From Candidatus Undinarchaeota archaeon (lineage in GTDB: Archaea; SpSt-1190; JASMDC01), in assembly GCA_964519305.1 (NCBI GenBank), contig CAZFHY010000019.1:7351-71350 (forward strand): a DNA stretch of 64,000 nucleotides, read 5' to 3'. Position numbers and translations under genes: made by a program. Below the pieces are notes generated by a model that saw nothing but the letters and a program-made list of their open reading frames with translations, did no database searches and was not told the DNA's origin. The first letter of the stretch is position 1. The number at the start of each line of letters is the position of its first letter. This document shows positions 34,749 to 44,566 of this stretch, piece by piece.

Positions 34749-37700
34749 CTAGACCGGACCTGAGCCGCACGTGTACTCGTTGGGGAAACAACTGTGGGGC
34801 GCAGAGTCGCCCTCACACCACTTGCAGTCAGCCAGCTCCATGCAGGTTGCATCAGTGATGGCATTATAGCAATCGGGGTGGTCGTCGCCCCCCGTGTCAT
34901 CCATAAGGCACTCACCGGTGTCGTCCTTGCAGTAGTTACCGTCAGGACATCCGCAATCCATACAGCAGCCGAACTGGTCCTCCCAGGGATCGCAGCTGTT
35001 ATTCTTATTGCAGCTGCAGTCGTCGTGGCAGTTATCTTTGTTCTCGCCCGTGTCGTAGTCGCAGATACCGTCGCCGCAGTGGTCGTCGGTGTGATCTCCA
35101 CCCGAGCTCATGTCACACCAGGGCGGATCCGTCATGCCGGGGCCGGGACTGATGCAGTTGGCGGGTGCGTTGGGGTCCACCCACTCGTCCGGCAGGTCCT
35201 GGTACATGTCAGGGCACGGCTGGTCGAGGTCGACGCGGCATGCGTCCATACCCTCTGAGGACTGGCAGCACTTGTAGCCGCTCGGGCCGCCTTGGTCGTC
35301 ACCGCTGTCGGACCGACACATATCGTAGTCGCAGAACTGTTCGGACGGACAACCACAGTCCTGTTGGCAGGAACCGCAGTTCTCGCCTTCATGGCCGCGG
35401 CAGTCGCCGTCACCGCAGTGACCCTGTTGGCTCCCGCTATCCTCGGGCTTGCAGATGTTCGATCCTTGGTCGCACCAGTGGTCCGCAGGGCAGCCGCAGT
35501 CCTTGCAGCAGTCGGAGGAGCCCTCCTGTCCGTTGCACATACCATCGCCGCAGTAAGGATCGTACCCGCCGCTGCTGCCGCCACAGTCGTACTCGCAGAA
35601 GCCCTCGCACTCTGAGTAGCTCCGACCCATCTCGTTGATGCACTTATTCTTGCACTGCTCGCACTGGTCGCCCGAGGGCTGCTCAGTGCCGCCGCTACCA
35701 TCGCTGTTGGACTGCCAGTAGCGCTCGGACATCTCGTTGAACCTCTGTTCGAGGTCCCGCTGGAGCCTGTCCCAATCGCGACCGTCGGACTCGAGCGCCT
35801 TCATGCGCATCTCCTCGTAGTACAGCTCGAGCTGCTTGAGGAGGGCCTGATCGTGGTACCGCACGTCCTCGCGCATTTGGGTGAGGTCCCTGGACTTCCA
35901 CAGGAGCCACTGCATTCGCCAGAACTGGAAGCGGTAGCCCTCCCAATCGCGCTCGAAGCGTTCCATAACGCGACCGGGATCGTAAGCACCGTCGAGCTCG
36001 CCGCGGAACTCTTCGGCGCGAGCCTTCATATCGAGCAGGATGCGGTTCAGCTCCTGGGTACCGGGCACGTTCTCGTACTCCATCCGGTCGACCTCGTCCT
36101 CGAATCCTTGGAGCTCGTTCTTGAGGCCGCTGAGGCGCTCGAGCATCCATAGGCTCTCCTGGAACTGGTCGAACTCGCGCTGGAACGGCTCGAAGTGGCG
36201 CCAGATATCCCTGACACCGTCCATATCGCTCGCAAGTGCGTCCAGCTTGTGCTGAAGCTCGCGGAACTTCGTCTTGGCACTGCTCACGTCCACGCCATCG
36301 TACTCCATACGCTCGAGCTGGTCCTGGATGTCCTGGAAGCGGCGCTTGTAGTCATTGGTCATTCGCTGTGCCTCAAGCCCCTGGAACACGGAGTTCTCGA
36401 ATTCACTGACGCGGCGGTTGAACAGTTCCTGCTCACGCCAGATGCGGTCCATCTGCTCCGTGGCCCTCAACTTGTTCTTGAACTCGTCAAGCTCGTACCA
36501 GAGGCTCTTGAGCCCACGACGGGCCTCGGATGTATCGATTTCGTCGTACTCCATGTCCTCAAGGCGCTGTTCCATGTCCCTGAACCTGCGCTCGAACTCG
36601 CGGGGGATGGTTGCGATGGCACGGCGCTGTTCGAGGGCGTTGATCTTGCGCTCGAACTGGTGGATGATCGTGTCCCATCTACCGCCTTCCATCTCCTGCA
36701 CCTCGCGAACGACGTTCCGCAGCTCGGCCCGAAGGTCGGCGAGCTCCTCATATAGGTCGTCCACGCGGATACCGTTGTACTCATCGTCACGGAGCTGGTC
36801 CTCCATATTGCGCAGGCGGTCCTCGAGGCCGCCAAGCCATCGGCGGGACTCGAACTCGCGCTCGAGTCTGTCGATTTCACGGTGGAACCGCTCGAGGGCG
36901 CGACCGAGCCGGTGGCCCTGGATGCCTGCGTTGCGCATTTCGTCAATACCCTCGCGGATATCCTCGATAGCATAGCGGTACGGCTTGGTGTCGACACCGT
37001 CATACTCGGCCTCCTCAAGGCGCTGTTCGACATTGTTGAGCCGGTTCTCGAGATCTATGAAGGCGCCGCTCATATCGATCTGTTCTCTGATGTACCAGAG
37101 CTTCTCGAACATCCGCTCAGCACGGCGGAAATCGCCCTGCTTGGCAAGACCCTCGATGGTGCGGAGCACCTCCTCGTAATCCCTGCGGAGGTCCTCGACG
37201 AAGTCGGGGACCTTGAAGCCGCTGTAGCTGGCGTCCTCGAAGCGCCTGTCGAGATCTTCCAGGAACCGGTAGGCGTCCTCGATCTGCTCGTTGAAATGGC
37301 GCCATTGCATGAACGACTCGAACTCGCGGTGGAGCCGTTCCATCCTGTGGCGGCACTTACCCATGATGCGGTCGAACTCGTGCGGATTGCGCACATTGCG
37401 CATCTCGTCCATGGCATTGTCGAAGCACAGAGCGACGTCCTTGAGCTTGGTCTCCATATCAGAGACGTCGAAGCCCTCGTAGGCCATCATGTCAAGTTCT
37501 TCGAACATGCGGTACAAGTTATCCTCGATCATGGTACGCTCGTAGAAGAAGTGCACAAGGGGCATCTTCTCCATAGCGTTGCGGAAGACCTTCTCGGCCG
37601 CTCTGGCCTTACCGTTCATAGCGAGCTCGATGGCCTTGTCGATACCACCTTCGATCTCGTCCAGAAGAGCGTTTAAGCGCCCTCCCTCCTCGCCGGGGAG

Positions 37701-40613
37701 CTCTTCAGCACGGATGCGCATATCCTCGAGCTCATACCGGATGTGCTCCTGCTCACGCAGGAAGTCAAAGTACATTCGCACCTCGTCAAGGGCGCGGTGG
37801 AGGCCGCCGAAGCGCTTCTCGATCTTGCCCAGGAGCTTACCTGCCGACTTGAACTTGCCGGCCTCGATATCGTCCTGTGCCTCTATGATCATGTCCTCGA
37901 TCTCGTTGAAGATGGACAGAGCGGGGCCTATGTCGATACCGTTGGCCACCATCTCCTCGACCTCCCATGAGACATCCTGGTAGTGTCGGATGATGCCCTC
38001 CAGGTGACCGCGGATATGGATCTCCTCGATAACAGCCCAGGCATTTCCCATCTCCTTCCAGGCATTATCAATGTCGCCGCTCGCAGCGGCACTGTACGAC
38101 TGGTAGAGATAGTCTTCTGCCAAGCTTATGAGATAGAGCATCTCCTCGATGTCCGCTCCCATCATCTCCATCTCGAAGAGACGTTCCTGTGCCTCCTCGA
38201 GCTGGTCGTAGGCGTTCTCGAGCTCGTCCTCGAAAGCAAAGCCTTCGGGTTCCAAGGCTCGCTGGAACGCGCGATTGATGAATTTGTGCACTCTGCGGGT
38301 GAATCCCTCGAAGCGGTGCTGGATGTCCATTATATGACCGATATCGCCGCTGTCCTCAGCTTCAGCGAGCTCGTTCTGGATGTCCTGGAGCTCCTCAAGG
38401 AGACGGGAGAGCTCGATGCGGAACCTGCCCACATCTGTGCCACCCTCCTCCAGCTCGTTCAGAGACTCGTCGAAATCGGTGATATCAAGATCGAGCTCCA
38501 TGATGCCGAGCGAGGTCTCCAGACGCGATACGAGCATGTTGGCCTCCTCAGCGAGGTAGTCGACCTCTTCGAGCTTACCCTCGAGGATGAGCTTCTGTGC
38601 ATCGTCGATGAGGAGGCGTAGTTCCTCGATGATCGCCTCCTCGACGGAGAGATCGTAGCCCGCACCCTTGAGCTCATCGACCTTCTCAGCAAGACCTTCG
38701 ATGTATTGCTTACCATCGTTCAGGTCGTCCTGATAGCGCTGGTTGTCCTTCTTACGGTCCAGTTGCTCTCGGATCTCCAATACCTGCTCCCAACCCTCAG
38801 GACCGCTACCTGCCTCCTTGAGCGCACCGAGCAGGTCCTGTAGGTCACCGAGGTCGACGTTCTCGTCCTCGGCCTCTTCGAACTCGTACTGAAGACTCTT
38901 GAGAGCGGAGTCGAACTGATGGTTCTCCACCTCGGAGGACACATCCTGCTCATCGCTACCGAGCTGGGCCCTACCGATGAGCTTCTCGATCTCGCCCACC
39001 TTGAGCTTGATCTCCTTACCCGCGTGCTTGAAGGCGTCGATGTCCTTCCCTTCTAGGGCGTAGAACTCAGCGTCCCTCCCTAACCGCTGGACGGCCTTGA
39101 GGAGGTAGCGCATTTTCTTGTCCTCGCCAAACTCCTTCTCGAAGGACTCGGCCTTCTCTTCAAGAGCGCTAATGAGGTTCTTAATATCCCCAAGTTCCTT
39201 ACGGACGTCGTTCTTCTCGGAACCCACCAGCTCTTCGATGCGTTCGGCCCGGCGGTCCTTGTCAAGGCTGGAGACGATCGCCCACTCGCCCTGTGAAGCG
39301 AGGTCCTGGGCCAGACGTGCCTGGCGGAAGCCCTCTACATACTTCTCGCCCTCCAGTGCTTCCTGGGCTCTGGTCAGAGCAGCGTCTGCCTTGTCGATGA
39401 AATCGAGGGCCTTCTTTAGAACGCCCGCCTCGATTGTGATATCGTCCTTGTAATTAGCGATGAGCACCCGCATCTCGCCGATAACGACCTCGGCACGGCC
39501 AGCCTCATCGAGAGCCTTCTTGGCTAGCTGGAGTCGTTCAAGCTCTCTCTCAAGAGCGCTGATCTTGGAAGCGAGGTCCTTGGCCTTCTTAGCGTACTTG
39601 TCCTTGGCCTTGCGGACCTGTTCTGCCACGGCAGCTACGGGGTCCTCTTCCTCCACATGCTGGATGGCGTCCTCGGTGACGTTCTGCTCCTTGAAGCGCT
39701 CCACGAGCTCTTCTGAGAGACCGCTGTCACCGACAACGATGATATCGGTGATGTTGTAGTTGCGGACGAAGTCGGCCAGTTCCTTGGCCTTGCTGGTGTC
39801 AGAGATAACGAACACGACCGTGTCCTCAGCGTCCGCGGGCATCTTGAGGATGTCCGCATAGTTATCCTCTGTGACGATGATGCGTGCCGTAGTGATGCCT
39901 TCGATCTCGGTAAGCTTGCTCTTGATATGACCGAGGATGCGGTCGAGGGTCTTATCGATGGAGGATCCGGTCACCTTCGTCAAGCTAGGACCGATGGATT
40001 CCACAGCGGAGGTGAGGTTCTCGGAAGGATTGGTACCGACAAGCACCACGTTCGAGACATTGAGGTCGGTGAGGAGCGATGCCGCATCGACGGATAGCGC
40101 GTCGCAGGGTGTGAGCAGGATAGGGGCTCCATACATCCGTGCGAGGGACAACGATGCAGCCAGCTGCTTGTATTCCTCACCTACGGAGTATATGTTATCA
40201 CAAACTAGAACAGCATCGTTTGTACCTGTGGAGAACCAGAAGTACATACCGATGCTCGCGGCCGTACCATAGCGGGTCATGTCCCAGATACGCTCGGTGG
40301 TGAAGCCGATCTCAGTAAGTTTCTTCTCGACGTCCTCACTGATGACGGCGGGTCCACCTATGATATAGACCGTCTTGGGAGCGAGGTCCCGCAACGTGGC
40401 CTCCACCGCTTCAGAGAGCTCGTTCTCGTCAGTGACGATTACCGGCGCTCCGATCTTGTTCGCAGCGGCCGCTGCAACAACGGAATCAGGGTAGTTCACC
40501 GTGGTGGTGAGGAACACCGCGTCCACGGACTCTTCTGCCATGGCCAAGCTGGCCATGAGCACAGTCAATATCAGTACAAAACGCAATCCTCTATACATAG
40601 CCTTCGCCTCCAA
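34749..40613 (-). CDS. Giant secreted modular protein (1954 aa): signal peptide, 3x CWB2-like repeats, about 7 or more degenerate ~100-aa helical repeats, and a C-terminal tandem Cys-rich CGDGxC...DCGCP module
   Basis: Signal peptide MYRGLRFVLILTVLMASLAMA. Three repeats with the CWB2-like pattern (RIwdmtRYGTAASIG...GAPILLT...VVLVG). A long acidic helical region with recurring (L/M)E+.EY(D/E)G(V/I)D(V/T) units. The last ~330 aa hold about 60 Cys, with three or more copies of H-CGDG-x-C-x3-8-(E/T)GE(N/S)-x-C-x2-3-DCGCP. Confidence 0.75.
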   Translation of the reverse strand: MEAKAMYRGLRFVLILTVLMASLAMAEESVDAVFLTTTVNYPDSVVAAAAANKIGAPVIVTDENELSEAVEATLRDLAPKTVYIIGGPAVISEDVEKKLTEIGFTTERIWDMTRYGTAASIGMYFWFSTGTNDAVLVCDNIYSVGEEYKQLAASLSLARMYGAPILLTPCDALSVDAASLLTDLNVSNVVLVGTNPSENLTSAVESIGPSLTKVTGSSIDKTLDRILGHIKSKLTEIEGITTARIIVTEDNYADILKMPADAEDTVVFVISDTSKAKELADFVRNYNITDIIVVGDSGLSEELVERFKEQNVTEDAIQHVEEEDPVAAVAEQVRKAKDKYAKKAKDLASKISALERELERLQLAKKALDEAGRAEVVIGEMRVLIANYKDDITIEAGVLKKALDFIDKADAALTRAQEALEGEKYVEGFRQARLAQDLASQGEWAIVSSLDKDRRAERIEELVGSEKNDVRKELGDIKNLISALEEKAESFEKEFGEDKKMRYLLKAVQRLGRDAEFYALEGKDIDAFKHAGKEIKLKVGEIEKLIGRAQLGSDEQDVSSEVENHQFDSALKSLQYEFEEAEDENVDLGDLQDLLGALKEAGSGPEGWEQVLEIREQLDRKKDNQRYQDDLNDGKQYIEGLAEKVDELKGAGYDLSVEEAIIEELRLLIDDAQKLILEGKLEEVDYLAEEANMLVSRLETSLGIMELDLDITDFDESLNELEEGGTDVGRFRIELSRLLEELQDIQNELAEAEDSGDIGHIMDIQHRFEGFTRRVHKFINRAFQRALEPEGFAFEDELENAYDQLEEAQERLFEMEMMGADIEEMLYLISLAEDYLYQSYSAAASGDIDNAWKEMGNAWAVIEEIHIRGHLEGIIRHYQDVSWEVEEMVANGIDIGPALSIFNEIEDMIIEAQDDIEAGKFKSAGKLLGKIEKRFGGLHRALDEVRMYFDFLREQEHIRYELEDMRIRAEELPGEEGGRLNALLDEIEGGIDKAIELAMNGKARAAEKVFRNAMEKMPLVHFFYERTMIEDNLYRMFEELDMMAYEGFDVSDMETKLKDVALCFDNAMDEMRNVRNPHEFDRIMGKCRHRMERLHREFESFMQWRHFNEQIEDAYRFLEDLDRRFEDASYSGFKVPDFVEDLRRDYEEVLRTIEGLAKQGDFRRAERMFEKLWYIREQIDMSGAFIDLENRLNNVEQRLEEAEYDGVDTKPYRYAIEDIREGIDEMRNAGIQGHRLGRALERFHREIDRLEREFESRRWLGGLEDRLRNMEDQLRDDEYNGIRVDDLYEELADLRAELRNVVREVQEMEGGRWDTIIHQFERKINALEQRRAIATIPREFERRFRDMEQRLEDMEYDEIDTSEARRGLKSLWYELDEFKNKLRATEQMDRIWREQELFNRRVSEFENSVFQGLEAQRMTNDYKRRFQDIQDQLERMEYDGVDVSSAKTKFRELQHKLDALASDMDGVRDIWRHFEPFQREFDQFQESLWMLERLSGLKNELQGFEDEVDRMEYENVPGTQELNRILLDMKARAEEFRGELDGAYDPGRVMERFERDWEGYRFQFWRMQWLLWKSRDLTQMREDVRYHDQALLKQLELYYEEMRMKALESDGRDWDRLQRDLEQRFNEMSERYWQSNSDGSGGTEQPSGDQCEQCKNKCINEMGRSYSECEGFCEYDCGGSSGGYDPYCGDGMCNGQEGSSDCCKDCGCPADHWCDQGSNICKPEDSGSQQGHCGDGDCRGHEGENCGSCQQDCGCPSEQFCDYDMCRSDSGDDQGGPSGYKCCQSSEGMDACRVDLDQPCPDMYQDLPDEWVDPNAPANCISPGPGMTDPPWCDMSSGGDHTDDHCGDGICDYDTGENKDNCHDDCSCNKNNSCDPWEDQFGCCMDCGCPDGNYCKDDTGECLMDDTGGDDHPDCYNAITDATCMELADCKWCEGDSAPHSCFPNEYTCGSGPV

Positions 40614-40745
40614 TTAACTTGACTTCCCGGTTTAGAACTCATTCGGTATGACATTTATAGGTTTCGTTCTCCTTTTGAAGGATATAGACAATCTATACAC
40701 GTCGATATTTCTTCTGGAACGTGACAAGGGGATGAGGTTATCTGA

Positions 40746-41882
40746 ATGGATAGAATGGGACCGAGCGTGGATGATGTGATGTCCCATCTAGAGGAATACG
40801 AGTTCTCCACCTTTCAACTCGGCACGACCAGCCTCCATGACAAGGACTCATTTGTACAAGCTATCACTGAGAGGTTCGGTGCCACCTTCGCCGAGAAGCA
40901 CCCCGATCTCACGATCGTGCTTGGATCAGGTACCATGGAGATTATGACACGTCCACTGTTCGTGTACGGGCGGTACTTCAAGACCTCACGAGAGATCCCA
41001 CAGACGAGATGGCCTTGTCGCGTATGTAAGGGCGCTGGTTGTCCACGCTGCGATGGTACGGGAAAAATGTATCAGGAGAGCGTCGAGGAGATACTGGGCG
41101 CCCCCCTCCTGACAGCTACCGGCGGGACGGGAACCCGGCTCCACGGTTGTGGTCGTGAGGACATCGACGCGCGGATGCTCGGGTCAGGAAGGCCATTCGT
41201 AATAGAGGTGCTCAATCCGCGCTGCCGCACAATCGACCTGCCAGAGATTACGCACGAGAAGGCGGGTTTCATGTTCCTCAGTTTCTGCGAAAAGGGCGTT
41301 TCAAGGATGCTGAAATCTTGTGCAGCGTTCAAACGTTATAGGGCGAAGGTAACACTTGAGAGCGAGGTGGACGATCTGCACCTCAAGAGGGTACATGATC
41401 TATGTGGCGTCCGGATCGACCAACGGACGCCGAACCGTGTTCTCCACCGTCGAAAGGACTTGAAGCGTGGTCGAGCGATAGCGGGTATAGTATGTCGTCG
41501 CAGTGGGCCTATGGAGCTGGAGCTCGAGCTCGTTGTTGCTTCGGGTTTCTATGTAAAGGAATTCGTTTCCGGCGATGGGGGGAGGAGCACGCCATCCCTT
41601 GCAGAGGTCTTGGACGTCGGGTGTACATGTACACGCCTCGATGTATTGGCCGTGTTCGATCCCACGCTGCTCGATCTCATTAGAGAGACGGGTATGTCGG
41701 GTAGCGATCCTCATGAAGGTGCTCAAATGGTGGGTATGACGCTGTCGTGCGGCTGTGATCCTAAGATCCAGCTTGAGCGCATGTTCACTGTTGATGAGCT
41801 TCCCACGGTAATGGATGCGCTCTCATATGGCGCCACCGCGGACGCCTCCTTGACGCTCACCTGCACTGACGATGACTTTTAA
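40746..41882 (+). CDS. pus10: tRNA pseudouridine synthase Pus10
   Basis: N-terminal Zn ribbon CRVCKGAGCPRCDGTG. The Pus10-typical YVKEFVSGDGGR motif. ~380 aa. Confidence 0.7.
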   Translation: MDRMGPSVDDVMSHLEEYEFSTFQLGTTSLHDKDSFVQAITERFGATFAEKHPDLTIVLGSGTMEIMTRPLFVYGRYFKTSREIPQTRWPCRVCKGAGCPRCDGTGKMYQESVEEILGAPLLTATGGTGTRLHGCGREDIDARMLGSGRPFVIEVLNPRCRTIDLPEITHEKAGFMFLSFCEKGVSRMLKSCAAFKRYRAKVTLESEVDDLHLKRVHDLCGVRIDQRTPNRVLHRRKDLKRGRAIAGIVCRRSGPMELELELVVASGFYVKEFVSGDGGRSTPSLAEVLDVGCTCTRLDVLAVFDPTLLDLIRETGMSGSDPHEGAQMVGMTLSCGCDPKIQLERMFTVDELPTVMDALSYGATADASLTLTCTDDDF

Positions 41883-41886
41883 TTAG

Positions 41887-43029
41887 ATGAGAGCTACTGC
41901 TCAGGCTATGGATGAGGCTCACGAGTCACTCGAGGACATCCTCAATAAGCGTCGCAAGATGGCAAATCGTCTACAGGACGCCATAGCTGGCAGGGAGGAT
42001 CCAGGGCTCCACCCCGGTGGTCCAGCTCCTGATGAGGAGGATGAACCCACTCCTCAGGCTACGAGCGACCTACATCCCCCCTCTGCAACTCCGTTATCAT
42101 CACCCTCACGTACCACTGGCCCTGCGATCTTTGACGAGGGTCTTCCGAGCATGAAGCGGGCCCCGAAGGGTGACGACACCTTCCCTGAGCCAGTAGATCC
42201 TTCCAAGGGTGATGATAGCTTCCCTGAAGGCCCGGGCTCCGTAAAGGGTGACGATAGCTTCCCTGATGTTTCCGGTCCGATAAAGGGTGACGACCTTTTT
42301 CCCGAACCGACCTCAGTACCCACTGACGACGGATTCCTCCCTGAGGCGGAGCCAGATTCATCCGCTACCGACGACGGATTCCTCCCTGAGGCGGAGCCAG
42401 ATTCATCCGCTACCGACGATGGATTCCTCCCTGAGGCGGAGGAAGAGCCCGAGCCCTTAGAGGAAGAGCCCGAGCCCGTAGAGGAAGAGCCTGAGCCTGT
42501 AGAGGAAGAGCCCGAGCCCGTAGAGGAAGAGCCTGAGCCCGTAGAGGAAGAGCCTGAGCCTCTCCCTATCCTCGGACCGGAGCCTGTAGAGGAAGAGCCC
42601 GAGCCTCTCCCTATCCTCGGACCGGAGCCTGCAGAGGAAGAGCCCGAGCCTCTCCCCGTCCTCGGACCGGAGCCTGTAGAGGAAGAGCCCGAGCCCATCA
42701 CTCTGCCCTTTCATGATGATGAGGAACGTGTTATTCCCTCACGTGAGCCTGTAGAGGCACCTTCCGAGGAGGAACCGGTTTCCGAGCCAAGTGAACCATC
42801 TCTGCGTGCAGTCCCTCTTGAGGAACCGCCAACTCGTTTCGAGCCTGAGACTATACCTGAGCCAGTGCACACGGGGGTCTCGAACTTGGAGAAGGAGGTC
42901 CGTTCTTTGAGCGAAAGTCTTGACGGTCTCCTTCGCGACCGCCAACGGTTCCCTAACAGCGAGGTATTCTATAACGTCCTTAACGAGGCGTCTAACGGTC
43001 TGAAGGACTCACTTGACCTGTTACGCTGA
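41887..43029 (+). CDS. Acidic low-complexity repeat protein
   Basis: Three nested repeat families: KGDD(T/S)FPE x4, TDDGFLPEAEPDSSA x3, and EEEPEPV / EEEPEPLPILGPEPV about 11 times. Confidence 0.55.
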   Translation: MRATAQAMDEAHESLEDILNKRRKMANRLQDAIAGREDPGLHPGGPAPDEEDEPTPQATSDLHPPSATPLSSPSRTTGPAIFDEGLPSMKRAPKGDDTFPEPVDPSKGDDSFPEGPGSVKGDDSFPDVSGPIKGDDLFPEPTSVPTDDGFLPEAEPDSSATDDGFLPEAEPDSSATDDGFLPEAEEEPEPLEEEPEPVEEEPEPVEEEPEPVEEEPEPVEEEPEPLPILGPEPVEEEPEPLPILGPEPAEEEPEPLPVLGPEPVEEEPEPITLPFHDDEERVIPSREPVEAPSEEEPVSEPSEPSLRAVPLEEPPTRFEPETIPEPVHTGVSNLEKEVRSLSESLDGLLRDRQRFPNSEVFYNVLNEASNGLKDSLDLLR

Positions 43030-43045
43030 TCACGAGAGTCTGCGG

Positions 43046-43606
43046 TCATGACTCGCTGAGGACCTCGTAGAGCTCTCGGTTCAGAACGACACGGTTGACC
43101 TTACCGAGCCGCTCTTTTGCGATGATGCCCTTGTTCTCGAGGTTCTTGAGGATACGGTGGGTCTTGACCTTGTTTAGGTTAGGGAGATGAGATAGCTCAT
43201 ACTGTTGGACCTTTCCTCCGTTCTCGAGGATCGTGTCCACTACCTTGCGCTCAAGGGGATTGAGGAACTTGAGGATGATACGTGTGTTCTTCTGAAGGAC
43301 TGTTTCCTTGTGAACAATCCGGTCGGCCATGATGTAATAGACCACGGTCCCTACGAAGAGCCCGATAAATGCGAAGAAAGGAATCAAATAATAACCGTGG
43401 AGCCATGGTTGAGCTCCGAACCGTTCCTCGAGATACTCCTTGATTTCATCTTTCGACATGCGGTCGATGGCATCCGGAGTGAGACGGGCCGCGGTCCGTT
43501 CCTGATGCTGGAGATTGAAGTAGAAACTTACCGATATGACGAGGAGGGCAAAGGAGACTATAAGGCCGATGGCCAGTACCTTGTTCTTGTTACCCTCGGA
43601 ATCCAC
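43046..43606 (-). CDS. Membrane-tethered winged-helix (MarR/ArsR-like) transcriptional regulator
   Basis: Two N-terminal TM helices and a C-terminal wHTH (QQYELSHLPNLNKVKTHRILKNLENKGIIAKER). Confidence 0.55.
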   Translation of the reverse strand: MDSEGNKNKVLAIGLIVSFALLVISVSFYFNLQHQERTAARLTPDAIDRMSKDEIKEYLEERFGAQPWLHGYYLIPFFAFIGLFVGTVVYYIMADRIVHKETVLQKNTRIILKFLNPLERKVVDTILENGGKVQQYELSHLPNLNKVKTHRILKNLENKGIIAKERLGKVNRVVLNRELYEVLSES

Positions 43607-43632
43607 ATACCTCAGAAAGGGCGACAGGTTTT

Positions 43633-43663
43633 TAACCGTTTCTTGGACGTTCTAGTCAACGGT
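43633..43663. promoter_or_regulatory. Inverted repeat AACCGTT-N17-AACGGTT in the divergent promoter
   Basis: AACCGTT at 43633-43639 and its reverse complement AACGGTT at 43657-43663. They lie immediately upstream of the membrane-wHTH regulator start, with ATATAT TATA-like boxes downstream. Confidence 0.3.
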
Positions 43664-43766
43664 TTCGTGCTCCTGAAACCAATATATACCCGATAATCGA
43701 TAGTTTCAATAACTTGGATATATAGTTTCATCATGAGGATTTTATTGTGATCAGCGAGAACCGAGG

Positions 43767-44528
43767 ATGAGAGACATGAAAGAAGTGATCGCACTATTAT
43801 TGGTAGTAGCGCTAACGGGCACGTTCCTCATGGCCATCGCGCCGGACGCTCCTTCTCCGGTATTAGTCCCAGACAAGGCCCCACCAGCATCCCCCTTGGA
43901 GTTGGAGGGTCCGCCGGTGCCTGTGGAGCGAACAGCAATCGAGCCTGGTGTTAGAACGCTCGGGTGTACCGGAGATTGTGCGAGCTGTCCATTTGCCGAT
44001 GGGGATGGCGGTTGTCCTCACGAAAAAGAAGATACTGGATGCAAACATGAGGACGCGGGGGAAGAGCACGTAGTAGAGATCCGCGGTCGTGATATGAAGT
44101 CGATGACCGTTCGTGAGATTGCGGTGCTCTGGGGCATCGATCCGAAAAAGCTGTTGGATGCCACAGTACAGCGGTTCGGGCTCCTCGGCGACCACTCTAC
44201 CGAAAGTACATTGGATGATCTTCGGGCAGAACGGCGGTTCCCTCCTGCGGACGTGAAGACGATCGCAGATGGAATAGCGTGGGAAGCCCCGGCCCCAGAG
44301 GTCATAACAGAGCCCGCCGTGCCCCATAACTGCGGTGGCTGCCCCTACGCATCAGCGGGAGGGGGCTGCGCGCTCGCTAGAGATGAACCCCCTGAAGATG
44401 TAGAACCCAAAGACCAGTACGGGGGTTGTCCTATAGGGATGGTCAACGACCCGTACCCCGGCGACTGTGGTCAATACGTGGATTCCGACCGGAACGGGTA
44501 TTGTGATTTAAGCGAATATGCCATATAG
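43767..44528 (+). CDS. Secreted Cys-rich hypothetical protein
   Basis: Signal peptide and a Pro-rich linker. Cys clusters (CTGDCASCPFADGDGGCPHEKEDTGCKHE; NCGGCPYASAGGGCA; GGCPIG...GDCGQ...YCD), possibly metal-binding. Confidence 0.5.
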   Translation: MRDMKEVIALLLVVALTGTFLMAIAPDAPSPVLVPDKAPPASPLELEGPPVPVERTAIEPGVRTLGCTGDCASCPFADGDGGCPHEKEDTGCKHEDAGEEHVVEIRGRDMKSMTVREIAVLWGIDPKKLLDATVQRFGLLGDHSTESTLDDLRAERRFPPADVKTIADGIAWEAPAPEVITEPAVPHNCGGCPYASAGGGCALARDEPPEDVEPKDQYGGCPIGMVNDPYPGDCGQYVDSDRNGYCDLSEYAI

Positions 44529-44566
44529 GAGGTGGGGATGACCACCGTCCCTTCCACTGTACAGGT

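Noticed and set aside
42300-42700. Regular short DNA tandem repeats, considered as a possible CRISPR array
   Set aside because: The repeats are 21-45 bp coding repeats (EEEPEPV and similar) in one open frame, with no spacer structure, and no cas genes occur anywhere in the window.
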